Assembly (NCBI GenBank): GCA_001766815.1
Contig: LYOS01000004.1
Coordinates: 163,610-195,609, forward strand
Direction of reading: 5' to 3'
DNA: 32,000 nt
DNA from: Candidatus Syntropharchaeum caldarium
Lineage (GTDB): Archaea; Halobacteriota; Syntropharchaeia; Syntropharchaeales; Syntropharchaeaceae
The notes beneath the pieces are model-generated. The model made no database searches. It was not told the DNA's origin and saw nothing but the letters and a program-made list of their open reading frames with translations. The position numbers were made by a program, and so were the translations under genes. Positions 25,511 to 32,000 of the stretch are shown in pieces (position 1 is the stretch's first letter; each line of letters opens with the position of its first letter).

Positions 25511-25807
25511 TCATTGAGAAGCGAGCTTTTCTCGAATTAGCATCTTTATATCTTCATCACTCATGCCTTCGATATCGATACCAAGATCTTTTGCAGCTTT
25601 CCTCAGGCGTGCAGATTCAGATTCTTCGGTGCTCATTGCCAGATTCTCGCCCACCTTGAGTTCCCTCTCAACTTCCATTTTTGCTTTCTTGAACTCGCCC
25701 ATTGCACTCCCTAAACTCCTTGCAAGTTCAGGCACCTTTGATGCACCAAATAGCAGCAAAATAATGGCTAAAATTAAAATTATCTCAGTCGGTCCAAGTC
25801 CAAACAT
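25511..25807 (-). CDS. tatA: twin-arginine translocase subunit TatA/E
   Basis: 98 aa. [42 protein letters not shown] is the canonical TatA TM helix, hinge (FG) and amphipathic helix. GAGGTAAG SD. Confidence 0.9.
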   Translation of the reverse strand: MFGLGPTEIILILAIILLLFGASKVPELARSLGSAMGEFKKAKMEVERELKVGENLAMSTEESESARLRKAAKDLGIDIEGMSDEDIKMLIREKLASQ

Positions 25808-25905
25808 CGGTACTTACCTCATATCTATTTATGGCTTTGATATATAAGTTTTTTTGATCACACAAATTTTAAATAGCTTCGCCACTAAGTTAATCTGGGG
25901 TTATT

Positions 25906-26976
25906 ATGCAGGAGATATACAGGCACAGGTATAAACTACTCATCTTTGTCGTCTCACTAACTATCATAGCGGGAATTCTCTCATACAGTGAACTGCGTGC
26001 ACCATGGTGGATGAATCTTTCCGTGCTCGGTTCGATCATTATAGTCACTGCGTTTATCAGAAGAATCGATGATGACCTTATACGAATGATTTCCTACATC
26101 CTGATGGGATTTTCTGCTTACTCACTCGTGGGAGCAGAGTACGTTGCATCCTACGACTATAAAGAGCCTGGTATGATGTTTGCAGACCTTGTGCCAACGC
26201 TTTTCTTTGCAGTAGTTACCTCAGTGGCGGTTTTGATCACAACAGAGGATAAAGATATACATGGATACACCTTCGCTGGTTGTGGGATCGCAGTTATGCT
26301 TGTAATGATAACAAAAGATCTCTATCGCCTGAATGTCCAGGGAGTACTCCTGTTGATGGCAGCCCTCTGGGTACTGATTCCATTACTGTGGTGCTACCTC
26401 TTCTCAGAGCTCTTCAAACCGAACGTGAAGGTTATAGAACGTCTGACAAGGTCTATCGGCGGAGCAATCATCACGTCACCCCTGTACGGCGTCATTGCAG
26501 GTGTGACATTCATCGCTGCTTATGGGGCTGTACCCAGCCTTCAATCGATGGTGGAAGCAATAAGAAACAATCTCTTCGGGCTTGGAACGGTTCTACTCAA
26601 TTATGCACTTTCCCACGTCGTCATTCTGACAGGATCCTACATGCTACTCGGGCTTATCATGTACTCGCTCGGATATGAGAAGAAGATCGCGGTTGTCAAT
26701 AAGAAGAAAGAGATCGTTTATACCAGAGAGGAACGAGAGAAGAAGGAACTTGAGCGTACTAAAACTGAGGAGGCGGATCCTTACAACCAGCTACTTGGCG
26801 AGATGAAACGAACCAGAATTGAACTGAAAGGTGAAGATAAGATAAAAGCATTTCAGGTGCTGCAACGATTAACAAATGAGTATCACATACTCCATGCAAG
26901 ATATGGGGATACTAAAATGAGTGTGGAGGTAAAAAATCTCTTGAGATCGCTTGAAGAGGAGATCTCGTCGAGGTAA
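25906..26976 (+). CDS. polytopic membrane protein with C-terminal charged coiled-coil, unknown function
   Basis: 356 aa. About 7-8 hydrophobic segments by eye over residues 1-260, then a Lys/Glu-rich helical tail (KKKEIVYTREEREKKELERTKTEE...LLRSLEEEISSR). I recognise no family motif. Confidence 0.5.
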   Translation: MQEIYRHRYKLLIFVVSLTIIAGILSYSELRAPWWMNLSVLGSIIIVTAFIRRIDDDLIRMISYILMGFSAYSLVGAEYVASYDYKEPGMMFADLVPTLFFAVVTSVAVLITTEDKDIHGYTFAGCGIAVMLVMITKDLYRLNVQGVLLLMAALWVLIPLLWCYLFSELFKPNVKVIERLTRSIGGAIITSPLYGVIAGVTFIAAYGAVPSLQSMVEAIRNNLFGLGTVLLNYALSHVVILTGSYMLLGLIMYSLGYEKKIAVVNKKKEIVYTREEREKKELERTKTEEADPYNQLLGEMKRTRIELKGEDKIKAFQVLQRLTNEYHILHARYGDTKMSVEVKNLLRSLEEEISSR

Positions 26977-26981
26977 CCTCT

Positions 26982-27851
26982 ATGTTAATCGAAGAAAACA
27001 GGTACCTAAAAATAATCGAAACAAGCAAGATAAAGGGACAGGAGGACGTCTACCTTAAATCCATGCGTTACATCAATCTTGGCTACCCTATTCTTTTATT
27101 TGGACCTCCTGGTTGTGGTAAAACCTCGATTGCACGCCACATCCTCGATAGTCTTGATCGTGAGTATTTTACCATCGAGGCAAATGAAAGTATGACTGAG
27201 TACCAGCTCATAGGTGGTTTTCACCCTTTATCAATGTCTGCAAGCAAAGAGGTTGCGGATGAGTTTATGTACAAGGATGGCATTGTTGCAAGAGCGATAA
27301 TGCATGGAAAAAATCTTCTCATTGATGAGCTGACACGCGCACCAAGTTCGGCTTTCTCCTCGATTTTTTTACTGCTTTCGCATGGAATACTCACACTTGA
27401 ACATCGCGAGATGGTTCTCAGAAAACCAGATGATTGGGTGTTTATAGCGACAGCAAACTTTGGTGACGTTGGATCATTCAAGCTGAGTAGCGCGCTGAAG
27501 CGGAGATTTATACCGATCTATGTCTCATACCCGAAGCGGTACGTGGAGGAGGCACTGATACGTGAGTATGCCCCAGGGGTTGGTGAAAAGGTTGCATCGC
27601 GCATTCTCGATTTTGCCGAGGAGACAAGACGTATGTGGAAGGAAGAAGGAGCGCTTCCACAGGGACTCTCGACCGATGGCATCATCAAGATGGCAAGATA
27701 CTGTGAGTTACTGGCTCGAGAAGGAATAGATGACAGAACCGCCTTCTCAGACGCAGCTTTTCATCAGGGGGTTGTCATCGCAGATGAAACCGATCAGGTC
27801 TCGATTCAGCTTGTGAATGAGCTTGCCCTCCGTCTTACGGCGGGACTTTGA
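26982..27851 (+). CDS. MoxR/AAA_5-type AAA+ ATPase (CbbQ/NorQ/GvpN-like)
   Basis: 289 aa. Walker A GPPGCGKTS, Walker B LLIDELTRA, sensor-1 region IATANFG, LKRRF arginine motif. A single AAA+ module of the size typical of MoxR-class chaperones. Confidence 0.75.
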   Translation: MLIEENRYLKIIETSKIKGQEDVYLKSMRYINLGYPILLFGPPGCGKTSIARHILDSLDREYFTIEANESMTEYQLIGGFHPLSMSASKEVADEFMYKDGIVARAIMHGKNLLIDELTRAPSSAFSSIFLLLSHGILTLEHREMVLRKPDDWVFIATANFGDVGSFKLSSALKRRFIPIYVSYPKRYVEEALIREYAPGVGEKVASRILDFAEETRRMWKEEGALPQGLSTDGIIKMARYCELLAREGIDDRTAFSDAAFHQGVVIADETDQVSIQLVNELALRLTAGL

Positions 27852-28860
27852 GCGGGTGTGGTTTATGCCAGAAATCAACACTCCAGAAAGTCTATGTGTG
27901 CAGTGCATGAAAAATCCCAATGACCCGATGATCATGCAGCAACTTCAGAATGAGTGCAGGAGAATCGGAAGCCGCATGATCTCAGCGTCATCCTATATCG
28001 TCCCAAAAGAGGTCAGGATGGCTTATACACCTTTTAATGGTGGAGGAACTATCGCCTATGGGAAGACGATTCTGGAGTTTGCATCACATGGCAGGAGCAT
28101 AGATAATGTGATCTGTCGCTCAAAGATCTCGGTCACAAAAAAGTTCTCAGCGATGGTGATCCTCGACACATCAAACTCGATGACTGGCTGGTGGAGGGCC
28201 AGACGATTTAATCGAGAAATGAATGAGGAATCGAGTCCACAGACTGCGGCAAAGATCGCAACACTCGCTTTTCTACAGGGATTTGATCGAAGACTCGATG
28301 TTGGAGTGCTTTTCTTCTCGCATACGGCAATGGGACCATTCGAGCGGCGAGAGCGGGTGTACAGGGAGATTGTTGTGCCCAACGGCATGGGTGGAAGCAG
28401 GATGGATTTGGCACTTGAGAGATTGATTAGGCGGCGGTGGACCAAACGTGAAGGGACAAAACTCCTTGTTGTAATAACAGACGGCGTGATTGAGAGTGGA
28501 TTAAAGACACCTGGTGTTCCATACTTGTCCGAGACCGATATACCTGGAGGTACAAACAGAGATCAGCAGGTCAGAGCTGACACGCTTGTTCAGGAGCGCA
28601 CACTCAAATACTTCAGACAGATTACAGCCGATGGGGTCAGCACCCTCTACGTTCCGATCTTCGTGGATGAAAATATGGCCTCATGGCGCAGTGGGGCGTA
28701 TTCAGCAAGAGAGATTGTCAAGGAACTTGAAAGGATTGGAATCGAAGTATCACCTGTTTATAGCAGTGAAAAAATGGTAGAAACGCTCTTTATGGGGTTG
28801 AATCGCGTTGCAAAAAAGAGCGGGTATCAGACAAGTCATGGTTCGCTTCTCATGGGATGA
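27817..28860 (+). CDS. von Willebrand factor A (VWA) domain protein, partner of the AAA+ ATPase
   Basis: 347 aa. MIDAS motif VILDTSNSMTG (DxSxS), with later LLVVITDG supplying the Thr/Asp. The ATG at 27817 overlaps the AAA+ gene by 35 nt. There is an alternative ATG at 27865. Confidence 0.7.
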   Translation: MSLPSVLRRDFERVWFMPEINTPESLCVQCMKNPNDPMIMQQLQNECRRIGSRMISASSYIVPKEVRMAYTPFNGGGTIAYGKTILEFASHGRSIDNVICRSKISVTKKFSAMVILDTSNSMTGWWRARRFNREMNEESSPQTAAKIATLAFLQGFDRRLDVGVLFFSHTAMGPFERRERVYREIVVPNGMGGSRMDLALERLIRRRWTKREGTKLLVVITDGVIESGLKTPGVPYLSETDIPGGTNRDQQVRADTLVQERTLKYFRQITADGVSTLYVPIFVDENMASWRSGAYSAREIVKELERIGIEVSPVYSSEKMVETLFMGLNRVAKKSGYQTSHGSLLMG

Positions 28861-29281
28861 GTAAAAACGCCCTGAACGCTCCTTTATGTAATCTTTCATA
28901 ATCAGGGCAGAAGAATAGATGACTTCTGCACTTACAGTCGCTCGATCCAAAGGAGTCGATAATATCAAAGGATGATGAGAGTTCTTCAGCAAGTACACAC
29001 TCATATTTTGCATCCAGTTCGGCAAAGATCAGGCCCAAAACTTTCATCTCGGGTAAGATGTAGTCGATATGCCAGAAGGTCTTCTTTTCAACCCTGAGAT
29101 GACGGGCTATTCGTGCTTCAATCCCACTCATTGCAGAGCCCACATACGCATAGAAACCTCTTCTAAAATAGATCTCGCCGAGTTTACCCACCTCAAGCTC
29201 TTTATCGTGACTGTTCTCGAGGAGGATGATATACGATCCCTTAATTCCAACCCTCCCCTCATACTTGATCAAGCTCTTCAA
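28850..29281 (-). CDS. DUF123 / GIY-YIG-like (Uri superfamily) domain protein
   Basis: 143 aa. GSYIILLE...VGKLGEIYFRRGFYAYVGSAMSG...RIARHL...KTFWHIDYIL matches the DUF123 pattern (G-x-Y-x-Y-V-G-S-A ... R-H ... H-W-H-I-D-Y-L). Its start overlaps the dtxR-like 3' end by 23 nt. Its 3' end overlaps the convergent VWA gene by 11 nt. Confidence 0.6.
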   Translation of the reverse strand: MKSLIKYEGRVGIKGSYIILLENSHDKELEVGKLGEIYFRRGFYAYVGSAMSGIEARIARHLRVEKKTFWHIDYILPEMKVLGLIFAELDAKYECVLAEELSSSFDIIDSFGSSDCKCRSHLFFCPDYERLHKGAFRAFLLIP

Positions 29282-29675
29282 GAAGTTTTTTACCCGCGGG
29301 GCTCTTTAACTGCGTTAAAAGACGTGTTATTGCTTCAACACTCTCAGGATTGAGGCAATGCTCTATTCCACATGCATCCCTGTTTGCAATCTCCTCATCA
29401 ACACCCAGAGTGGTCAGAAGATCAAATAACAGGTTGTGTCTTTTTGAAACAGACTTTGCGATCTTCTGTCCATCGCTTGTAAGTGTAATCCCCTTGTATT
29501 TTTCATATATTAAAAGTCCATCCTCATCAAGCTTCTGAACCATCTCTGTAACGCTTGGCGTTCGCACATTGAGACGTTGAGCGATTTCGCTCGCTCTTGC
29601 GTAACCTTTTTCACAAATGAGTTCGTATATAGCTTCCAGGTAATCTTCCGCGCTTCTTGAATGCATTTCAATCAC
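29259..29675 (-). CDS. DtxR/IdeR/MntR-family metal-dependent transcriptional repressor
   Basis: 138 aa. N-terminal winged HTH AEDYLEAIYEL...ARASEIAQRLNVRTPSVTEMVQKLDEDGL. Dimerisation/metal-site helix RHNLLFDLL...A..DACGIEH. No C-terminal SH3/FeoA-like domain. Confidence 0.85.
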   Translation of the reverse strand: MIEMHSRSAEDYLEAIYELICEKGYARASEIAQRLNVRTPSVTEMVQKLDEDGLLIYEKYKGITLTSDGQKIAKSVSKRHNLLFDLLTTLGVDEEIANRDACGIEHCLNPESVEAITRLLTQLKSPAGKKLLEELDQV

Positions 29676-29676
29676 C

Positions 29677-31389
29677 TCACAATAGCAGATTCAGGAGACC
29701 TCCCACAAAGAGTGCTGAGAAAATCATGATCAGTGTAGATTTAAGCATATCCAGAGGACCAAGCTCTTTCAACATGATTATGAAGGTTGCAATACATGGG
29801 AAGTACATTGCAAGCACGACACTTGCAATGATCGACTCTGACATCGTTAAATTGAGTGGGAGAAGCATTCCGACAGCGACGTCCTTTCGCAAAAACCCGA
29901 TAATAAGCGCACCTATAGCAGCCTCTGGAAGTCCAAGAATGCCTGTAACAATTGGCGACATCAGGTTACCAATGAAAACGATGATACCAAGAATATAAAG
30001 GATATTGACGATCAGAACCCCAAATAATACCATCGGAACAGCTTCGATGATAAAAGCCCTGATGCGCATCCATACCTTCTTAAAAAGTCCGCTCCAGTAG
30101 GGAATACGGTATGGTGGAATTTCTAAAAAGATCTCTGGACTCACACCAGGGAAGATTGTTTTGAGCAGAAATCCAAGGATGAACATGGTTACAAGTAGGG
30201 TTAGAAAGACGATCCCGATACCTGTAATTCCGTACCTTCCCACAAGACCAAATATCATCGCACTCTGGGCTGCACATGGAACACAGATCGCCATGAGCGT
30301 TGTTGCGATGAAACGTTGCCGTTTTGTCTCAAGCACACGGGTCGCGAGTGCACCAGGTACGTTACAACCGAGTCCAAGGAATAATGGAACGATGGCAAGG
30401 CCGTGAAGCCCCATCTTATGCATCACGTTATCGATGAGAACTGCAAGTCGTGGCAGGTATCCACTATCTTCCAAAAGACTGAGAAAGAAATAAAACGGGA
30501 TGATATAGGGTAAAACCATCGCAATTGGGACATATAGTCCGGTCGTGATAAGCCCCATCGACTCAACATAGTTGATCCTGCCATCTATCAGTGTTCCGAT
30601 GAGTATATCGTGTAAAAATCCTCCCTGCCCGAGATACTGGCTTATCAGATATACAAAAGGTGTATACAGCTCAAATAGCGGATCAAATGCATAGGTGATG
30701 AGACCTTCTCCGATAAGTCTGATCATTCCGAATGTGAAAGCAAGAACGATGGCAGCAAATGGAATTCCTGTTAAAGGATTGACGCTAAGATCCCCGAGCC
30801 GCTCGAGAAATGTATGGTGGTGATGCGTGACCTTTTGCGTTTCCCTTATGATTTTTCCGATCTTAACCCACCGTTCTTCGTCTGTGAGGGGTTTTATTTT
30901 TACTGCTGTATCGGGCAGTGATGATACAAGCTCTTTTATCCCTTCCCCACTCACACCTACGGTTGGAACGACCTTGATGCCCAGAAGCTCGGCTAATTTT
31001 TCATGGTCGATCTCCACTCCTTTGTGTTTCGTCTCATCCCAGAGGTTGAGCGCTATGATCATGGGAATTTCCCTCTCCATCAGCTGGAGAGTCAGGTAGA
31101 GATTTCGCTCAAGGTTTGTGGCATCAACGACATTGATGATGACATCCCCTTCAGCAAGCATATCAACCGCCACCTCCTCTGCCTTTGAGATGGGTTCGAG
31201 TGAATAGACACCAGGAACATCTATCACCTCAAATGCTGTGGTACAGTCACCATCAAGACACATCACTCCTTTCTTGAATTCAACGGTTGTACCTGGGTAG
31301 TTTGATACCATCACTTTCGTGCCGGTTAGACGTGCAAAGATCGCACTTTTTCCGACGTTCGGGTTTCCCATGAGGAGAATCTTCTTCAT
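29677..31389 (-). CDS. feoB: ferrous iron transporter FeoB
   Basis: 570 aa. N-terminal G-domain (GNPNVGKS, DVPG, NLWD) followed by a polytopic gate/permease domain. Overlaps feoA by 4 nt. Confidence 0.9.
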   Translation of the reverse strand: MKKILLMGNPNVGKSAIFARLTGTKVMVSNYPGTTVEFKKGVMCLDGDCTTAFEVIDVPGVYSLEPISKAEEVAVDMLAEGDVIINVVDATNLERNLYLTLQLMEREIPMIIALNLWDETKHKGVEIDHEKLAELLGIKVVPTVGVSGEGIKELVSSLPDTAVKIKPLTDEERWVKIGKIIRETQKVTHHHHTFLERLGDLSVNPLTGIPFAAIVLAFTFGMIRLIGEGLITYAFDPLFELYTPFVYLISQYLGQGGFLHDILIGTLIDGRINYVESMGLITTGLYVPIAMVLPYIIPFYFFLSLLEDSGYLPRLAVLIDNVMHKMGLHGLAIVPLFLGLGCNVPGALATRVLETKRQRFIATTLMAICVPCAAQSAMIFGLVGRYGITGIGIVFLTLLVTMFILGFLLKTIFPGVSPEIFLEIPPYRIPYWSGLFKKVWMRIRAFIIEAVPMVLFGVLIVNILYILGIIVFIGNLMSPIVTGILGLPEAAIGALIIGFLRKDVAVGMLLPLNLTMSESIIASVVLAMYFPCIATFIIMLKELGPLDMLKSTLIMIFSALFVGGLLNLLL

Positions 31390-31622
31390 ACATCACCCAG
31401 AATTATTTTCTTTGCCATACCTCTACCGATGGCAATTCTCATCCCATCAACCTCAATAACAATTGGACCTCGTAGCGGTTGTCTCGTCATAACTCTCAAG
31501 ATCTTACCCTCTCTGATACCCATCGAGCGTATGTTGTGCTGAATTCCATGACCACCTGTAATCTTCTTAACTCTTCCAACCTCGCCTGGATTAAATTCCG
31601 TAAGCAGTCTTTCACCTGTCAC
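31386..31622 (-). CDS. feoA: FeoA family protein
   Basis: 78 aa with an SH3-like FeoA pattern (L..F.PGE.G.V..I.GG......L.SMGI.EG..L.V). GTG start. Confidence 0.8.
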   Translation of the reverse strand: MTGERLLTEFNPGEVGRVKKITGGHGIQHNIRSMGIREGKILRVMTRQPLRGPIVIEVDGMRIAIGRGMAKKIILGDV

Positions 31623-31670
31623 ATGACATAGGTAGTCCTAACTTTTTAAAAGGTTTTGGGTGCCTAACTC
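31623..31670 (-). promoter_or_regulatory. feoA promoter with flanking AGTTAGG repeats (candidate DtxR-family operator)
   Basis: On the minus strand, TTTTAAAAA (31651-31643) is centred about 25 nt upstream of the feoA GTG. The 7-mer AGTTAGG occurs twice (31669-31663 and 31643-31637), bracketing the TATA element. TTAGG is the core half-site of DtxR/IdeR boxes. Confidence 0.3.
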
Positions 31671-32000
31671 CTGACTGAAACTCCACGCTCCCTCAAATAC
31701 CGCTTGACCTCCTCGATCTCGATCTCCCTGAAATGGAATATACTTGCCGCAAGTGCAGCATCCGCCTTTCCTGCTGTCAAAGCGTCGTAAATATGCTCCA
31801 GAGTTCCAGCACCGCCTGATGCGATGATCGGGATATCAACCGCCTCTGAGATTGCACGGGTTATCGGAAGATCGTAACCATCCTTTCTTCCATCTGTATT
31901 CATCGAAGTGAGCATGATTTCGCCCGATCCTCTTCGTTCTACCTCCCTTGCCCATTTTATCGCATCAATCCCAACGGGTGTTCTCCCGCCATAGATTACA
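31664..32000 (-). CDS. hisF: imidazole glycerol phosphate synthase cyclase subunit HisF (C-terminal part; 5' end outside window)
   Basis: The reading frame stays open to the window edge: ...[90 protein letters not shown]. This is the conserved HisF C-terminal half-barrel. Confidence 0.9.
   Translation of the reverse strand, partial: VIYGGRTPVGIDAIKWAREVERRGSGEIMLTSMNTDGRKDGYDLPITRAISEAVDIPIIASGGAGTLEHIYDALTAGKADAALAASIFHFREIEIEEVKRYLRERGVSVRS

Noticed and set aside
649-30406. Numerous 60-180-aa ORFs antisense to or frame-shifted within the called genes. Examples: 649-891, 1620-1853, 1914-2875 series, 3797-4560, 6051-6689, 7113-7857, 7893-8390, 10579-11365, 12391-13000, 13158-13535, 13631-13909, 14345-15235, 15429-16496, 16741-17081, 18319-19340, 20442-21473, 23642-25008, 25563-25847, 26280-26678, 28056-28445, 29069-29998, 30080-31188
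   Set aside because: Each lies fully within a longer ORF that has clear family motifs. Their compositions are Ser/Pro/Arg-rich or otherwise low-complexity, as is typical of shadow frames. None has an SD or an independent intergenic context.
1-32000. Scan for rRNA, tRNA, CRISPR arrays, transposases, integrases, terminal inverted repeats and prophage genes
   Set aside because: None recognised. Intergenic gaps are at most 333 nt and are accounted for by promoters, leaders and terminators. The only long-range repeat found is the promoter/N-terminal cassette at 14043-14121 and 23293-23362.

Overview
Gene-dense archaeal chromosomal segment with about 36 CDS. I saw no rRNA, tRNA, CRISPR array, transposase or integrase. 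The archaeal assignment rests on GGAGGTGA-type Shine-Dalgarno sequences, A/T-only TATA boxes, archaeal-type HypA and PGK, an HdrE/HdrD-type pair, a PGF-CTERM sorting signal and a c-type cytochrome. These suggest a cytochrome-containing euryarchaeon (Methanosarcinales/ANME-2d-like or Archaeoglobi-like), but that is inference only.

Layout:
- 1-6.6 kb: housekeeping genes (partial ATP-grasp ligase, pyrF, FAD-dependent dehydrogenase, pgk, thiC, a BofA-like membrane peptide, a TPR protein).
- 6.8-13.0 kb: a tightly coupled seven-gene plus-strand redox operon (2x[4Fe-4S] ferredoxin, a drastically shortened aldehyde:ferredoxin-oxidoreductase-like protein, a GATase1/BPL_N-like protein, an HdrE/DsrM-like membrane cytochrome b, an HdrD/DsrK-like CCG protein, a transglutaminase-like protein, a QueG-like Fe-S protein).
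- 13.0-14.1 kb: a CBS protein and a small lipoprotein-type tri-haem cytochrome c.
- 14.2-23.2 kb: a complete [NiFe]-hydrogenase supercluster. hypE is on the plus strand. On the minus strand the order is small subunit, large subunit, endopeptidase, hypB, hypF, hypC, hypA, hypD.
- 23.5-25.8 kb: tatA coupled to a 662-aa poly-[4Fe-4S] protein.
- 25.9-28.9 kb: a membrane protein / MoxR-type AAA+ / VWA triad.
- 28.9-32.0 kb: feoA-feoB-dtxR-DUF123 and a partial hisF.

Most notable observations:
1. A 47-codon ORF, too short for the ORF track, lies directly upstream of the hydrogenase small-subunit ATG. It is in frame with it, separated by a single TAA, and carries its own RRTF twin-arginine-like motif.
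2. The same promoter plus first nine codons (MGSNxTxKY) is duplicated in front of the cytochrome c gene 9 kb away. TATA-to-ATG spacing is identical and the coding differences are mostly synonymous.
3. The Tat-exported hydrogenase small subunit ends in a Thr/Pro linker plus a PGF-CTERM (archaeosortase) signal, and the operon has no cytochrome b gene.
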